Of a stretch of 64,000 nt of DNA, positions 27,580-42,990 are shown one piece after another. The DNA comes from Octopus vulgaris (lineage: Eukaryota): positions 31,062,001 through 31,126,000 of the forward strand of contig OX597821.1 in the NCBI GenBank assembly GCA_951406725.2, in the 5' to 3' direction. The stretch's first letter is position 1, and every line of letters begins with the position of its first letter. Position numbers and translations under genes: made by a program. Under the pieces are notes generated by a model, which saw nothing but the letters and a program-made list of their open reading frames with translations, made no database searches and was not told where the DNA came from.

Positions 27580-28899
27580 TATATACAGAGTCAAAAATAA
27601 GCAACAAGAATGAATCCGCTAATTTAGTACAATTGTTTCATACTACAACATTTTAATCACCATGCATATTTTTATGGGTAACACCATAAAAACTTCTGGT
27701 ACATCTAAATTAAGTGCCATATTCATTTGAATCTAAATTGTTGCTGAAATTATATATATACATATATGCATTTAATGTATATAATATATATTTAGTTTGT
27801 ATCGTTTGTTTCTTTGGATCACTGTGTATACGAATTAAGAATGAATTCGCTATTGCCAGTTTCTTAGTTTATTTATTACAGACGACAGTAAAGAAAACGT
27901 TTCCCAATGTGTTGAATAAATTAAGACTATATCTATTAGAATTCATTTCTTTAAGAACGGATTAATAGCTGTTTAATATTTACACACATTTGCAATCTAA
28001 GTAGGAATTTGGTGTTAAATATTTGTCTTCATTAGAATATCAATTTGTATATGAATTCATCCAATGTTTTCGACTCGTTATTATTAAAATATTTCAACAA
28101 AATTCATTATAAATCATTTATCGGGCTTGGAACATCATTCATCACCAAAACTAAGTGCAGTTAAATCAGTACATGTTGCATACACAGTAATTACAGCTAC
28201 AAAGCAATCTTCGGAGACGAACCAAATAAAGGGATAAATGTGAATATACAACAAAGGAAATGCATTTTAATTTCAATATATATTCATATGTAGGACTACA
28301 TGAAAGTTGCTCATATTCTTATCTTTTATCAACTTTTCCTACAATTTGATTTTCACCGCTTGCATATATATGCACATATAAGTACATCCATTTATATATA
28401 TACATAAATATATATATATATATATATTTGAACTTAGAACGTAACGGCTACGCATTTCACCCTCCGTGCAAACGATTGTGCTATCTCGCCACCCTGATCG
28501 ATTTGACCAATCGTGCATCAGTCACTGTCGGTGAATATGCTACGAAATACTTCTATTGAATCACTTGGAGCAGGTGTGTCTTGCCCGGTCACATTCCAAA
28601 GAGTACCTCATTTTGATTATTTAATGGACGTTTCGGTAATATTGATTACAATACATTTTGGTAGTTATCTGTAGCCAACCAAATGCACGATAAATGAGTT
28701 AATAAGGAATCTAGTGAATTTTCCTTCTTAGGTAACCAAATAGAGTGAACATGGTTTAAACAGAATACTATAAGGTTTATAACTAAATTTAAAATTATTA
28801 CTTATACATATATACATACATACGCACGTGTGTGTGTGTGTCTGTGTGTGTGTGAATGTGTGTGTTTGTGCGTGTGTATGCATGGATATAATGCGTGTG

Positions 28900-29315
28900 A
28901 AAGGCGGCGAGCTGGCAGAATCGTTAGCACACAGGGCGAAATGTGTAGCCATATTTCGTCTGCCGTTATGTTCTGAGTTCAAATTCCGCCGAGATCGAAT
29001 TTGCCTTTCATCAGTTCGAAGTCGATAAATTAAGTACCAGTTACGCACTAGGGTCGATATAATTGACTTAATCCGTTTGTATGTCCTTCTTTGTGCCCTC
29101 TGTGTTTAGCCCCTTGTGGGTAGTAAAGAAATAGGTATTTCGTCTGCCGTTACGTTTTGAGTTTAAATTCCGCCGAGGTTGACTTTGGCTTTCATTCTTT
29201 CGGGGTCGACAAATTAAGTACCAGTTTCGCTCTGGGGTCTATGTAATCGACTTAATCTGTTTTTCTGTCCTTGTTTGCCCCCTGTGTGTGTAGCCCCTTG
29301 TAGGCAGTAAAGAAA
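28900..29315 (+). mobile_element. SINE family A with tandem partial duplication of its body
   Basis: Full copy 28900-29132 followed by a headless repeat 29133-29315. Flanking direct repeat tggatataatg at 28882-28892 and 29318-29328. Confidence 0.9.
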
Positions 29316-29931
29316 TGTGGATATAATGTGTATGTGCCTGTGGGTAGAATATATTTAATTATAAAATTAGGGCGAACATAGTAATTAAATGGACAAATGT
29401 CATTAACTTTTATTATCAAGTTATAGCGTGATGCTCTTAGTGCGGAGAATATTCATAGCAACCTAGTCTTGTATCTAAGCACATGTCAGGTACTGGGATA
29501 CACAGTTATAAGATATTAGAAATGTATAAAAGTCAGCTAACATGAACAATGGAAGTACACGTAAGTAATATGATATTTATGTTTTACGCCTCACTGGCAA
29601 ACAATATTCTATAGAAGAATATGAATCAGTGGAAATGGAGTTTTGACGCAACGAAAAAACAAGTTTACAAACAGATTGGTATAATTGAAAATCAGGTCGA
29701 CTAAAGGAATTACACCACAAGGATAGCATGAATATTATCATTTATGTTAGATTACTTCACTCATTTGCATTTTCCTTTCAGATAGATATGAGAAATGCCA
29801 TATTTTCGGTTGCTATTGAATATAAATCGGTAAAAATCACTTTTTTCACAATTTCGCATATAAATTTAATTGATTGGAGCTTTCTTTTTGTTTTGCATAG
29901 GTCATTCAATCAATCACCAGTTATCGTAATT

Positions 29932-30073
29932 ATATACATATACATACATACATACATACATACATACATGCAAACATACATACATACATACGTACGTACG
30001 TACGTACGTACGTGCGTACATACATACATACATACATACATACATACATACATACATACATACATACATACAT
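29932..30073. repeat. (TACA)n microsatellite with (TACG)n insert
   Basis: Direct reading. Confidence 0.95.
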
Positions 30074-30559
30074 AAACATCTTTCGCGAGGCTGAAATTTG
30101 CTTTCGACCAGTATAGTACCGGTATGTAATTAAATATTTCTGAAAGTGTGAAGAAATTCTACGATAAATACATCTCGGTTATGATCAATTGTAACATTTG
30201 TACGCAAAACAACAGATGTAATTGTGTGAAATAGCACTATTAATGACATGGTCAATACTGGAGATTTATTTTCCAAATGCGAATTAAGCTTGATATCATT
30301 GATCATTAATGCAATGACACCTTATATTATTATATTAATTCCAAATGTATTATTAATAAATTTAAGATATCGTGTAGACAGCATTTCCTTGATATTTAAG
30401 AAATAAATTCATTGTAAAAGAAGTATATATCAGTGTAGTCTAAGGCAATTTACTACTTATTCAATTATTTAAATACACAGAGAACATTAAAGTTATGTGT
30501 ATGTATATGTGTGTGTATGTATATATATATATATATATATATAAGTTTGTATTATGTAT

Positions 30560-30750
30560 TTATTTATCTATACAGGGTACAGTACGACACCAACGGTGCA
30601 AATATACAATAGGTAAACAAATGAGGGAAAAACGAGTGAAATACGTAAGCAATAAGAACAAATGGAAAACAGGACAAGTAAACACAAAGAAAGGACCCTT
30701 CATCAGTTGCCGGCTGTCTATCTCTCCTCACTTATTTCGACGATTTCTAG
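30560..30750 (-). mobile_element. Short TA-adjacent repeat, same family as 40483-40975
   Basis: Shares caaatggaaaacaggaca...aaaga..g.cccttcatc.gttg with 40549-40598. Minus strand contains CTGATGAAGG. Confidence 0.55.
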
Positions 30751-31054
30751 TTGTATAAGTTTGATTGTCATGTCTTTATATTGGATGTAAATAACGAAAT
30801 AGTTTTATATAATTCAGACCTGAACATTGGCAGTATAGTCGGATTGATATGGTATTGAATTTAGTGATCCTCTATTTCAGCAATACCGATGGATATTGTT
30901 ATGAAACGCAAGTAGTCTATATAATTTACTATAGGATTCAGAATAAGAATTGCAGATATTAATTTTGATAAAATGTAATCTTATGTATCTCTATTATAGA
31001 TTATGTCGTTCAATGTTGATTATGTTGCTTGAAGGTGGTTCTGTGACTTGCACA

Positions 31055-31345
<291 letters not shown>

Positions 31346-31897
31346 GTATATGTATGTATATGTATGTATATATGTGTGTATATATATGTACATATATACA
31401 TATATATAAATTATATACGTATAGTAAAGCGAGAGAGAGAGAAAACCTTATATTCCACGTTGCACGCACTCCGCTGCTAGAAATGAATGATTCTGCGATT
31501 GACCAACGTCCTATCTACGAGGTAATATATACGCCACAGAAACTGAGAATCCGGTCTTGTGCTCCTAAGGAAGAACTGAGGCATAACAGCAATACTTAAC
31601 ATTTGTTTATACGCTGTGACCCTGAAAAAAACTAGAGATAAATAATTCTAATAAAGAACGTGTGTGAAAAGTATACCAATTGATTAAGAATGACATCATC
31701 AGACACCTGCGTCTCTCGGCTATTTATCTTCATCTACGGACACCGAATTCATTCATCGTTTATAGATCACAAAAAGAGCCGGGTTCATACTTAAATATCA
31801 CACAGTAATACAAATTTTTCTGGAGACAGTTACAACTGGGAAATAAATTCCCCGCCCGAGTGTACACGAACGTCTGAAATACATTGGTATATATCCC

Positions 31898-34250
<2,353 letters not shown>

Positions 34251-34255
34251 ATGTA

Positions 34256-34667
34256 TCTTTCTTTTCTTTATCTTTCTTTATCTTTTACTTGTTTCAGTCA
34301 TTTGACTGCGGCCATGCTGGAGCACCGCCTTTAGTCGAGCAAATCGACCCCGGGACTTATTCTTTGTAAGCCCAGTACTTATTCTATCGGTTTCTTTTGC
34401 CGAACCGCTAAGTGACGGGGACGTAAACACACCAGCAGCGGTTGTCAAGCAATGCTAGGGGGACAAACACACAAACACACACACATAGATATATACATAT
34501 ATACGACAGGCTTCTTTCAGTTTCTATCTACCAAATCCAGTCACACGGCATTGGTCGGCCCGGGGCTATAGCAGAAGACACTTGCCGAAGATGCCACGCA
34601 GTGGGACTGAACCCGGAGCCATGTGGTTGGTTAGCAAGCTACTTACCACACAGCCACTCCTGCGCCT
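34256..34667 (-). mobile_element. SINE family B, full length
   Basis: Reverse complement of 24969-25412 along its length. Confidence 0.92.
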
Positions 34668-35002
34668 ATATATATATATAGATACATATATGTATATATA
34701 TATATACATATATATATATACATATATATATATATATTATATTAATATTATATTATATTATATTATATTGAAATATTTCTTTTTGTCATTCGTTTATTCA
34801 TTTACATTTGGTTACAAGCTATTTTGATGGTAAAGGGAAATCGACTTCTTCAACCATACATTTGAACCAATTTGAAACAATACCTATTTTATTGACCGCG
34901 AAAAACAAAGCCACCACAGTAGCATTTGAACTCGGAAAGTAAAGAGCTGGAGAGAATGCTTAAGTAAAATATCTGCCCACTAACAGCATAGGAAGATGAC
35001 GA

Positions 35003-35700
35003 TCGGCTGAAAAAATTCATAGGCTGATTTAAGATGCTCTAATGGATGATGACAAAATGAGATTTCCTTTCAACGTAGTCCCCGTTGCGGTCCACGTACT
35101 TCTATCACTGTTGCAGTACTTGTAGTTGTTGTTGTTGTTAAGCAACAGGACGGGTAAGGGTGATTAGGTGATGGTCTAAGGCCTAGGGGCGGGAGAACCC
35201 AGGCCTTGGAAAAAAAACTTTGGTCGTCGTGTTGTAGTCGAGGTATCTTTGTTGACGCCCGACACCACTGGGAGGTGGCCCTCGAAGTCGCTGGAAATGG
35301 AGGTCTCCAGGTCAAAATTCTTGAACGACGCATTACTTGTATGCCGTTGGTGGAGAAGTTTCAAACTATTGGTCAGAAATACCAAAACCTGGAATGATAT
35401 TATCAGCACTGCGATACTGGCAGCTAGGCAAATGTTTATTTTTTTCCGTATGAGGGAACAGATAATAAAAAGATGTGGCCAAATCAGGAGAATAGGGAGG
35501 TTGGTCAAATAATTTAAAGCCGCTGTCACACACTGCGACTATGGAAACAAAGACCTTGTGTGTTGGATCATTGTCCTGATGAAACAAGTCCCGGTTCGTC
35601 TGTTTTCCTGATGAATCTCTGAAATTCCTCAAGAGTAGACATGTTCAAATCTCGCTTGAATCATCGGTCGACATCTTGCTGAAATACAATACAGCGACTA
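35003..35700 (-). mobile_element. Internally deleted mariner element, interrupted by a 209-bp insertion
   Basis: LFHQDNDPTH...DQPPYSPDLATS.YYLFP (mariner HDNA/YSPDLAP motifs) and C-terminal VDRNGDYVE, followed by a terminal-like sequence near 35003-35025. Confidence 0.88.
35125..35333 (-). mobile_element. Short retro-insertion with (CAA)n tail inside the mariner
   Basis: 8-bp TSD tacttgta at 35117-35124 and 35334-35341. The mariner reading frame resumes across it. Confidence 0.75.
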
Positions 35701-35957
35701 ATAAGAAAAACAGAACATGTTTTTTTATTGTATCAGTAAAGAACATACATCTTCAAGAAGAAGGTTACTTCGAATAAATGGCAAATCAGATAATCCAAGC
35801 TTGGTGTCATTTTCAGCAGCATATAACTTAAATAATTAATGATTAATACTTAACAATTGCCTTATGTAGAATTCATATTGCGGTATAAGTGGGCCTTGAA
35901 AACAGGTTGGTATCACATAAGGTGATGACATTGGTAGTGAAAAGAATGAAGTAATAT

Positions 35958-36580
35958 ACGCAGGCGTGGCTGTACGGTAAGGAGCTTGTATTTCCAACCA
36001 CATGGTTCCTGGTTCACTCCTACTGCGTAGCACCTTGAGCATGTATCGTCTACGGGTGCCATAAGTATAAGTAAATGAATAAAATAAATACATACAACAG
36101 AATTTCGCATTCGGTTTCGTATTACTTCCTATTTATATTTATATAATATTAATGACGCTGTAAAAGTAGGCGTGATGACTATACGCATTTATATGGAGAC
36201 GAAGAGGATTAACTATAGCCACTACAGCTTGTTGGTTGTCTTAATAGCTAGAGTTCCAATCTTGGGACCGACCAAATCCTTGTGAGTGTATTTCGTTGAC
36301 GGAAACTGAATGAAGCACGCCGAATATATATATATATGTCCGTGTGTGTTTGTGTGTGTGTGTTCTTGTGTCTGTGTTTGCCCCTTATCATCGCTTGACA
36401 GCTGGTGATGTTGTGCGTACGTCTCTATAACTTAGCAGTTCGGCAAAAAAAACCCGATGAAATAAGTATTAAGGCCTAGGAAATATGGTCTGGTTCGATT
36501 TGTTCGACTAGAATGCTTCGAAGCAGTGCTCCCATATGGCCGCAGTTAAATGACTGACGCAAGTAAAAGAATAAAAGAAT
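35958..36580 (+). mobile_element. SINE family B interrupted by a ~210-bp insertion copied from 39065-39262
   Basis: SINE head to ~36053, foreign sequence to 36264, SINE resumes at ggaccgaccaaa. Confidence 0.85.
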
Positions 36581-36728
36581 AATATAAATTAATTTAATGA
36601 TAACTACAGTAAAGTGAATCTAAAACGATGTCTTATAAGATTAAGGAGATAATTCGGAGATAAACCCTGATGCTTCGTGGATGCAGAAAGTTATTGAAAG
36701 GACCACCGGCATTTTGGGGGCAGTGATT

Positions 36729-37160
36729 GAATCTCTTCGCTTTGAACGGCAGTTTTTTCTAGCGGTGTAATATGAAATTGTCACCCATAATTATGACCTT
36801 AGTGTCGATATATTGCATTTCAATCTGCTTTAGGGTTAGGATTAGTTAGGGTCAGGGTTAGGGTTAGAGGTGGGGGGACGGGTATATTTTTTCTTCACAA
36901 ACGTAAATAAATCCAATCTGTTTCTTAAATGAGGGACATATTCATACGGCACAGAATGATTTTTTTACTTCAATGGACGTCATCGTTTGGTTGAAATTGC
37001 AGAAAAAAAGCAAGAAATATCTTACAAACTATAGAATTTTCCCAATAAAGCCAAGTGAAAAAGATGTTTTATAAACACATTCTACCAGTATACGAATTAA
37101 AAAAAATTGTTCGTTACCTAGAAATTATGTTAAAAACTGCCGTTCAAATCGAAAAGATCC
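36729..37160. mobile_element. MITE / non-autonomous TIR transposon with internal TTAGGG-like repeats
   Basis: ~29-bp TIRs (gaatctcttcgctttgaacggcagttttt / aaaaactgccgttcaaatcgaaaagatcc). 8-bp TSD cagtgatt at 36721-36728 and 37161-37168. Second copy at 61415-61749. Confidence 0.9.
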
Positions 37161-37670
37161 CAGTGATTTAGTTCAATAATTTACCGCAAAGAACCACTGC
37201 TACGTAAATGTTTAAAATTTTCGGATTCGAATCCAGAAAAAATACGTAATATTAAATGTTTCTGTATGTTATTCTCATAGGCTCTATCAATAACGCAAGC
37301 TCTAGGAAACACACACACACACACACACACTCACACACACACACACATACACACACACACACACACATACATACGTATATGGATGTGTGTGTGTGTGCGC
37401 GCGCATGTGTGTGTGAGTACAATTACATGTGAGAAAATTCGGATAAACACATTTGTCCCAAACGAACGTCTCACATACGTAGTTGTCTGGAACTGCCAGA
37501 TCGTATGTCCGGAGATCCTCGATCTCCGTAAAATAATGCGGTTAACTTATTCTTCTCTTGATGCTCTGCGGGTGTCCAGCATCCAATTGCAGTGGGAATA
37601 TCCAATCCAGAGAATCCAAACAACAACAACAATAAAACGTCGGGAGTCAACAAATGTAATTAACATGTGT

Positions 37671-38158
37671 CGAATGCGTCGAGCTGGCAGAAACGTTAGC
37701 ACGCCGGGCGAACTGCGTAGCCGTGTTTCGTCTGTCCTTACGTTCTGAGTTCAAATTCCGCCGAGGTCAACTTTACCTTTCATCCTTTCGGGGTCGATAA
37801 ATTAAGTACCAGTTACGTACTGAGGTCGATGTTATCAACTTAATTCGATTGTCTCTCCTTCTTTGTGTCCTCTGTGTTTAGCCCCTTGAGGGTAGTAAAG
37901 AAATAGGTATTAACTTGTGTTCAAGGCGGCGAACTGGCAGAAACGTAAGCACGTCGGGTGAAATGCGTAGCCGTATTTCGTCTGCCGTTACGTTCTGAGT
38001 TCAAATTCCGCCAAGGTCGACTTTACCTTTCATCCTTTCGGGGTCGATAGATTAAGTACCAGTTACGTACTGAGGTCGATGTAATCAACTTAATTCGACT
38101 GTCTCTCCTTCTTTGTGCCCTCTGTATTTAGCCCCTTGTGGGTAGTAAAGAAATAGGT
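37671..38158 (+). mobile_element. Head-to-tail dimer of SINE family A (250-bp period)
   Basis: Two full copies separated and flanked by attaac(a/t)tgtgt at 37659, 37909 and 38159. Confidence 0.92.
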
Positions 38159-39442
38159 ATTAACATGTGTTTATTAAAATCTCTTCTACAATTTCATTGT
38201 AAATCATAAACAGTATTACTACTAAGTATAGGGGTATCGAACTTATAATCCTAAGACAAACTTAATGATAATCCTCTACGTTCAGTGGTAGTCGTACATT
38301 TAACAGTACATGATTTGTCTATGCTTGTGTATATGCTTATGTGTATATACGTAGCTATGTATGTATTTATGTATGTTTATATTCATATGGAGCTGGTGTG
38401 TTAGTGCCTGTATAAATTTGTTTGAGTATGTGTATGTTTGCGTGTAAACGTACATGTATGTGTTTGTGTGTAAACGCGTGTTTGGGCGTAAAGGAGCGTG
38501 TGTGCGTGTGGGCGTTCGTCTGAGTGCGCGTGTGTGCGTGCGTTTGTACGAGTGAGTGTGTATGTGCGCATGCATGAGTGGGTTTGTGCTTGCTTGTGTT
38601 TGTATATGTGTGTGTAAGCGGCGTGATGGTGTGTGTGGGTGTGTCTGGGTGTGTGTGCGTTTGCGTACATAAAGACTAGTTGCAAACGGCAAGCGAAATT
38701 AGGATACAAGTGTTTGAATCTTTTGAAACAAATAAAAACCTAAATGTTTTCCCATCTAGACGCAACCAGAATAGATTTTTCTGATTTTAGTTTATTTTAT
38801 TGTCATTTCATCTTCATCCATTCATTTCCAACTAAATAAGCTTTATGGCACCCGTTTTTATTTATTTATTTATTTATTTATTTTTGCAAGTGTATAGTGA
38901 TAGAAATTAAAGAATGTCCCGCGAGCCGAATAAACAAACGAACAAATGTACCGTATCGCAATTAACCAGAGTGAATGGACTTTATCGCTTTCTCTGTGTA
39001 ATAATATTAAATGGAATGCTCTACGTTCGCAGCTTTGACCGCATAATAATAAATAAGTGAATAGATAAGTAAATGAGGAAAATAAATACATACAACAGAA
39101 TTTCGCATTCGGTTTCGTATTACTTCCTATTTAGATTTATATAATATTAATGACGCTGTAAAAGTAGGCGTGATGACTATACGCATTTATATGGAGGCGA
39201 AGAGGATTAACTATGGCCACTACAGCTTGTCTGTTGTCTTAATAGCTAGAGTTCCAATCTTGCTCTGTTTAACACCGATGAAGGAACCATTGCTAGAGTA
39301 GAGATCAATATTACTGAGCAATTTAACAGCATTAGCGTATACTAATAAAGTTGTGAGTGTTTTGATACGAATGAAAATTGTGCTTCGTTTTACTTTAAAT
39401 ATATATATATATATATAGTTTAAAAAAATATATACACATATA

Positions 39443-39585
39443 TAGGCGCAGGCTGTGTGGTAGCTTGCCTATCAGCCACATGGTTCTGGGTTCAGTCCCA
39501 CTGTGTGGCACCTTTGGAGAAACTCTGCTACTATAGCATCGGGCAAACGGAAACTGAAAGAAACCCGTGGTATGTATATACATAT

Positions 39586-39661
<76 letters not shown>

Positions 39662-39762
39662 GCGTGTGTTTGTGTGTCTGTGATTGTCTACCCCAACATC
39701 GCTTGATGTACTGGGGTCGATTTGCTGGCCGCAAGCAAATGATTGAAAAAATAAAAGAATAA
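39443..39762 (+). mobile_element. SINE family B with internal deletions
   Basis: Head aggcgcaggctgtgtggtagcttgcc...gggttcagtcccact and tail remnants. Confidence 0.8.
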
Positions 39763-39786
39763 CAGAATATTAAAAATATATCAAAA

Positions 39787-40168
39787 CTAGCAGTATCGCC
39801 CGGCGTTGCTCAGGTTTGTAAGGGAAATAACTATAAAGCATTTTTAGAGAGTTATAGCCAAAAAATAGCAAAAAAATGGAAAAAAATGATGGTAAATTTT
39901 TTTTTAGTTAAAAAAGGTGGAGTTGCGTCCCCTAGACAGTTTGCGGTTTGTGTTTCTGATTCTCGACCCCATGTCGAATTTATCGATTTTTTTCAGAACT
40001 GGGGGAACTTTTCAAAATTTTCGCTGCGTTAGTTTTGAATTATGACATTGGGCTATGTGTGTGTCAAGTTTCATCAGAATCGGTTGAAAGCCGTGGTGAG
40101 GGTGAAGGTACAAGCAAACAGACACACAGAAACACGCACAGACAAACTGCCGTTTATATAGAGAGAGA
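39787..40168 (-). mobile_element. Non-autonomous Helitron
   Basis: Minus strand starts TC(TCTCTATATAAA) and ends in a GC hairpin (cctgagcaacgccggg) plus CTAG. Inserted between A and T with no TSD. Confidence 0.85.
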
Positions 40169-40426
40169 TATATATATGTGTGTGTGTGTGTGTTTATATA
40201 AAAAAAAAATTTTTAAATAAATAAATAAATTAATTAATTAATAAATTGATATATAAATATAAAAATATACGTACATATATATATATATATTTGTATATAT
40301 ATATTTAAAATTTATAAGTTTAAATAATTTTTAAATTTTAAATTTTATATTTTTAAATTAATTTTATGTATTGGCTTATGTTCTTCACTGTTTGATTTGC
40401 CTTATAATAGTTTTATCTCTAATATA

Positions 40427-40482
<56 letters not shown>

Positions 40483-40485
<3 letters not shown>

Positions 40486-40975
40486 TATATGGATTGAGGA
40501 CGTCACTAACAGTAAATAACATGAAATACGAAGATAAATGATTTCAATGCAAATGGAAAACAGGACATGAAACATAAAGAACGGCCCTTCATCGGTTGTT
40601 GAGCGCTGAACGACAATATGAGTCTTCGAAGACAATTGCTCCCATAACTACCAAATTAAATTTTGTGATTTATTGAGGGTCAAATATGGGAACAAAAGCA
40701 GGACAGTGGAGACAAAAAGGAAACCGAACGAAAACAACCATGGAGGGCCGTTAGAACAGAACGCGGTTAAAATAGAGAACACTGGAGAAATATTTTCTTT
40801 GAAAAGAGAAAAGATAGAAGAGAGAGATAGGATACGTCCAGTCATTAGGAGAGGAAAAGAAAGATGGACGAGAGTCATGTGTGAGCAACGAGAGAGATAT
40901 TAAAAGTGGAGGGGAAAGACAGAAAATTTGAAGGGGAGAAAATGGGTTAGTAGAGAAAGGAAATGATAGGCGGAT
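40483..40975 (-). mobile_element. (TA)n-embedded repeat element (putative PLE pLTR-type)
   Basis: Bounded by TA tracts. Homologous to 30560-30750. Strand inferred from the C(C/T)GATGAAGG motif. Confidence 0.5.
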
Positions 40976-40989
40976 ATATATATATATGG

Positions 40990-41830
40990 GGTGGATTGGT
41001 GATTTTTTTTCTGCATGTTTTCGTTTTGTGTACCATGGGCTTTTGTTTCTTTTGTGTGAAACCACTGTGATGAATTCCATTTCCTCATTGGTTTCCTTCT
41101 GTTGTGTGTTTTCTACGCTTTTTATTTTCCTTTATTTCGCTTTTCCTGTGACGTTTTACGTCACTTTCTTGTTACTTCCTTTTTGGGGAGAGACTTTTTC
41201 TGTTGTTGTTTGTTAGCTTTTTCGCACTCCGAGCGGACGTGCCCTTTTTCTCCACATTTAAAGCATCTGGGTCTACGTCCCTCGAGAGATACTTAGTCCC
41301 CCCCCCCAATAAAAATGCGGTCTAGCCTTGATTCGAGTATTCCATTTGAGGCTTCAACTACCATCTCGAGAGTTTGGTCATTCCAGTTTAGAGCCTCTCG
41401 CTTTTACATTTTAGTATTATTTCTTCTTCTGCGTCGTAAATTACGGCCGCTGCCATCCGTGTTACATAGTAACCAGCTGGTATCTCCTCTTATGTTATTT
41501 TTGCAATTCTCCGCCTAGGTAGGTCGGGAGCAACATTATCTCATCAGTTTTGTTACGTTTGAGTCGATATTTCCTTTGCAAGTTTAGCGTCCTCGAATTG
41601 CGCCTCAATAGTGGGGTTTCTTGGTCCTCGACTGACGTTGGTAATTTTCCCCCATATGGTGGCGAGGCACTTCTCTACAACCTCGTTATTCACTGACATT
41701 ATTATTTTTTCTTTACAGTTGTATATTTTGTATACTACCATTCTGGCAGTTAAATTTTATATCATATCCTGTGGTGGCAGAAGTTTTGCTTAGTTGCCAC
41801 TTTTCTTTATAGGGTTTTGAAACTTAAATA
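40990..41830 (-). mobile_element. L1/Tx1-type LINE ORF1 pseudogene
   Basis: Intact CCHC knuckle EGRRPRCFKCGEKGHVRSEC at 41224-41265. Upstream VVEKCLA...IEAQFED...MLLPTYLG. Several frameshifts. Confidence 0.8.
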
Positions 41831-42357
41831 ATTGTTCCTTACATACCTACAATTCAAAGAAATTTCCACCAACAGAGGCTGACAAACTTGGCTTTTCCTT
41901 TCTTTCCTGGTTACAAACTTGGTTACTTTCTTTCATTGCCGGGAAATCCTCCGTTGAGAACAGAAAGTTGACATTCAAACAAATTCAAAGCCATTTTAAC
42001 GAATAACAGGAAAATCCTAAATATTTTTGTCAAAATGACAAAAATTATTTTTTTTACTCTGCAACGGGTAAAAAAAATTATCACAAAAAGCAGTCCAATA
42101 AGTCAAGCAAAAATAATTTTTCTGCCCCGTAGGGCGAAGATTTTCGTCAAAATGACGACAACAGTTCAATTCCAACCGTATCAATTTCAACAGATAATCA
42201 ACAAGAAAGGACACCCGAACGTAAAATACTCTAAAGGTGAAAGACATTGTGAGAGACAGGTAAGTCGATATAATCTTGTAAAGACTGTAACTGAGGAACG
42301 TATTTATAAGGAAAAAAAGGAAAAACAAGTGAATGTTGTAATTGATTTATTTATTAC

Positions 42358-42911
42358 TCTATCCCGACTCTATTTTCGGCGGGATCCTACCCACCCTAAT
42401 CCACGTTGGACGTCTTCCCAGCTGATTGAGTAAGAGCATCCAACCTCCTCCAGTTAACGTCTCATTTGCGCATTTTCTTGCTGCCTTCTCCTATACAAAT
42501 GTGATCTCCACAGACGCATATGTCTTGTCTCCTTCAAACACGCCTCCACAACCTCCTTAGTTGCGCTCTCTATTCTTTTATTGTTCCTTGGAAACGATGT
42601 ATATTCCACCACCATAATTTTTAGTTTCGCCTTTTCCTTCTTTCGTTTGGTCCCTCTTTATGTACCAACTCTAGATATTTTCCGAATTTCTTGGCCATGT
42701 CTTCATTCCAGTACATTCAGCAGGCCTGGGACGACAGAAGCTCGACTCCCCGTCGCTCTCGCCTATGTCCTTACTTTCTCCATTTCAACAACGCTCACCA
42801 ACAAATAGTGGCGTTATACTCAAAACTCCTGCAAATCACAAAACGACTAACCAACAAAAAAAAAAAAAAAAACGCAGCGAAGCAAAAACACGTCTGACTA
42901 GGAAGTTTTGC
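42358..42911 (-). mobile_element. 5' part of another L1/Tx1-type LINE (5' UTR plus ORF1 N-terminus) flanked by an 18-bp direct repeat
   Basis: EVVEACLK...SVEITF...MLLLNQLGRRPTWIRVGRIPP aligns with the ORF1 at 41450-41740. aattgatttatttattac at 42340-42357 and 42912-42929. Confidence 0.72.
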
Positions 42912-42990
42912 AATTGATTTATTTATTACCTACAAGGGGCTAAATCTAGATGGGACAATATACACATGCGGGGTGATTACGTTATTTTAG

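Noticed and set aside
30690-30742. Minus-strand CTGATGAAGG with an upstream GAAA
   Set aside because: Could not assemble all three stems.
36829-36870. TTAGGG repeats as a telomere or fusion remnant
   Set aside because: They are internal to a TIR element present twice in the window.
37471-37653. IGCWTPAE resembles the innexin extracellular motif
   Set aside because: The following Y...CW..NTY residues and any neighbouring exons are absent.
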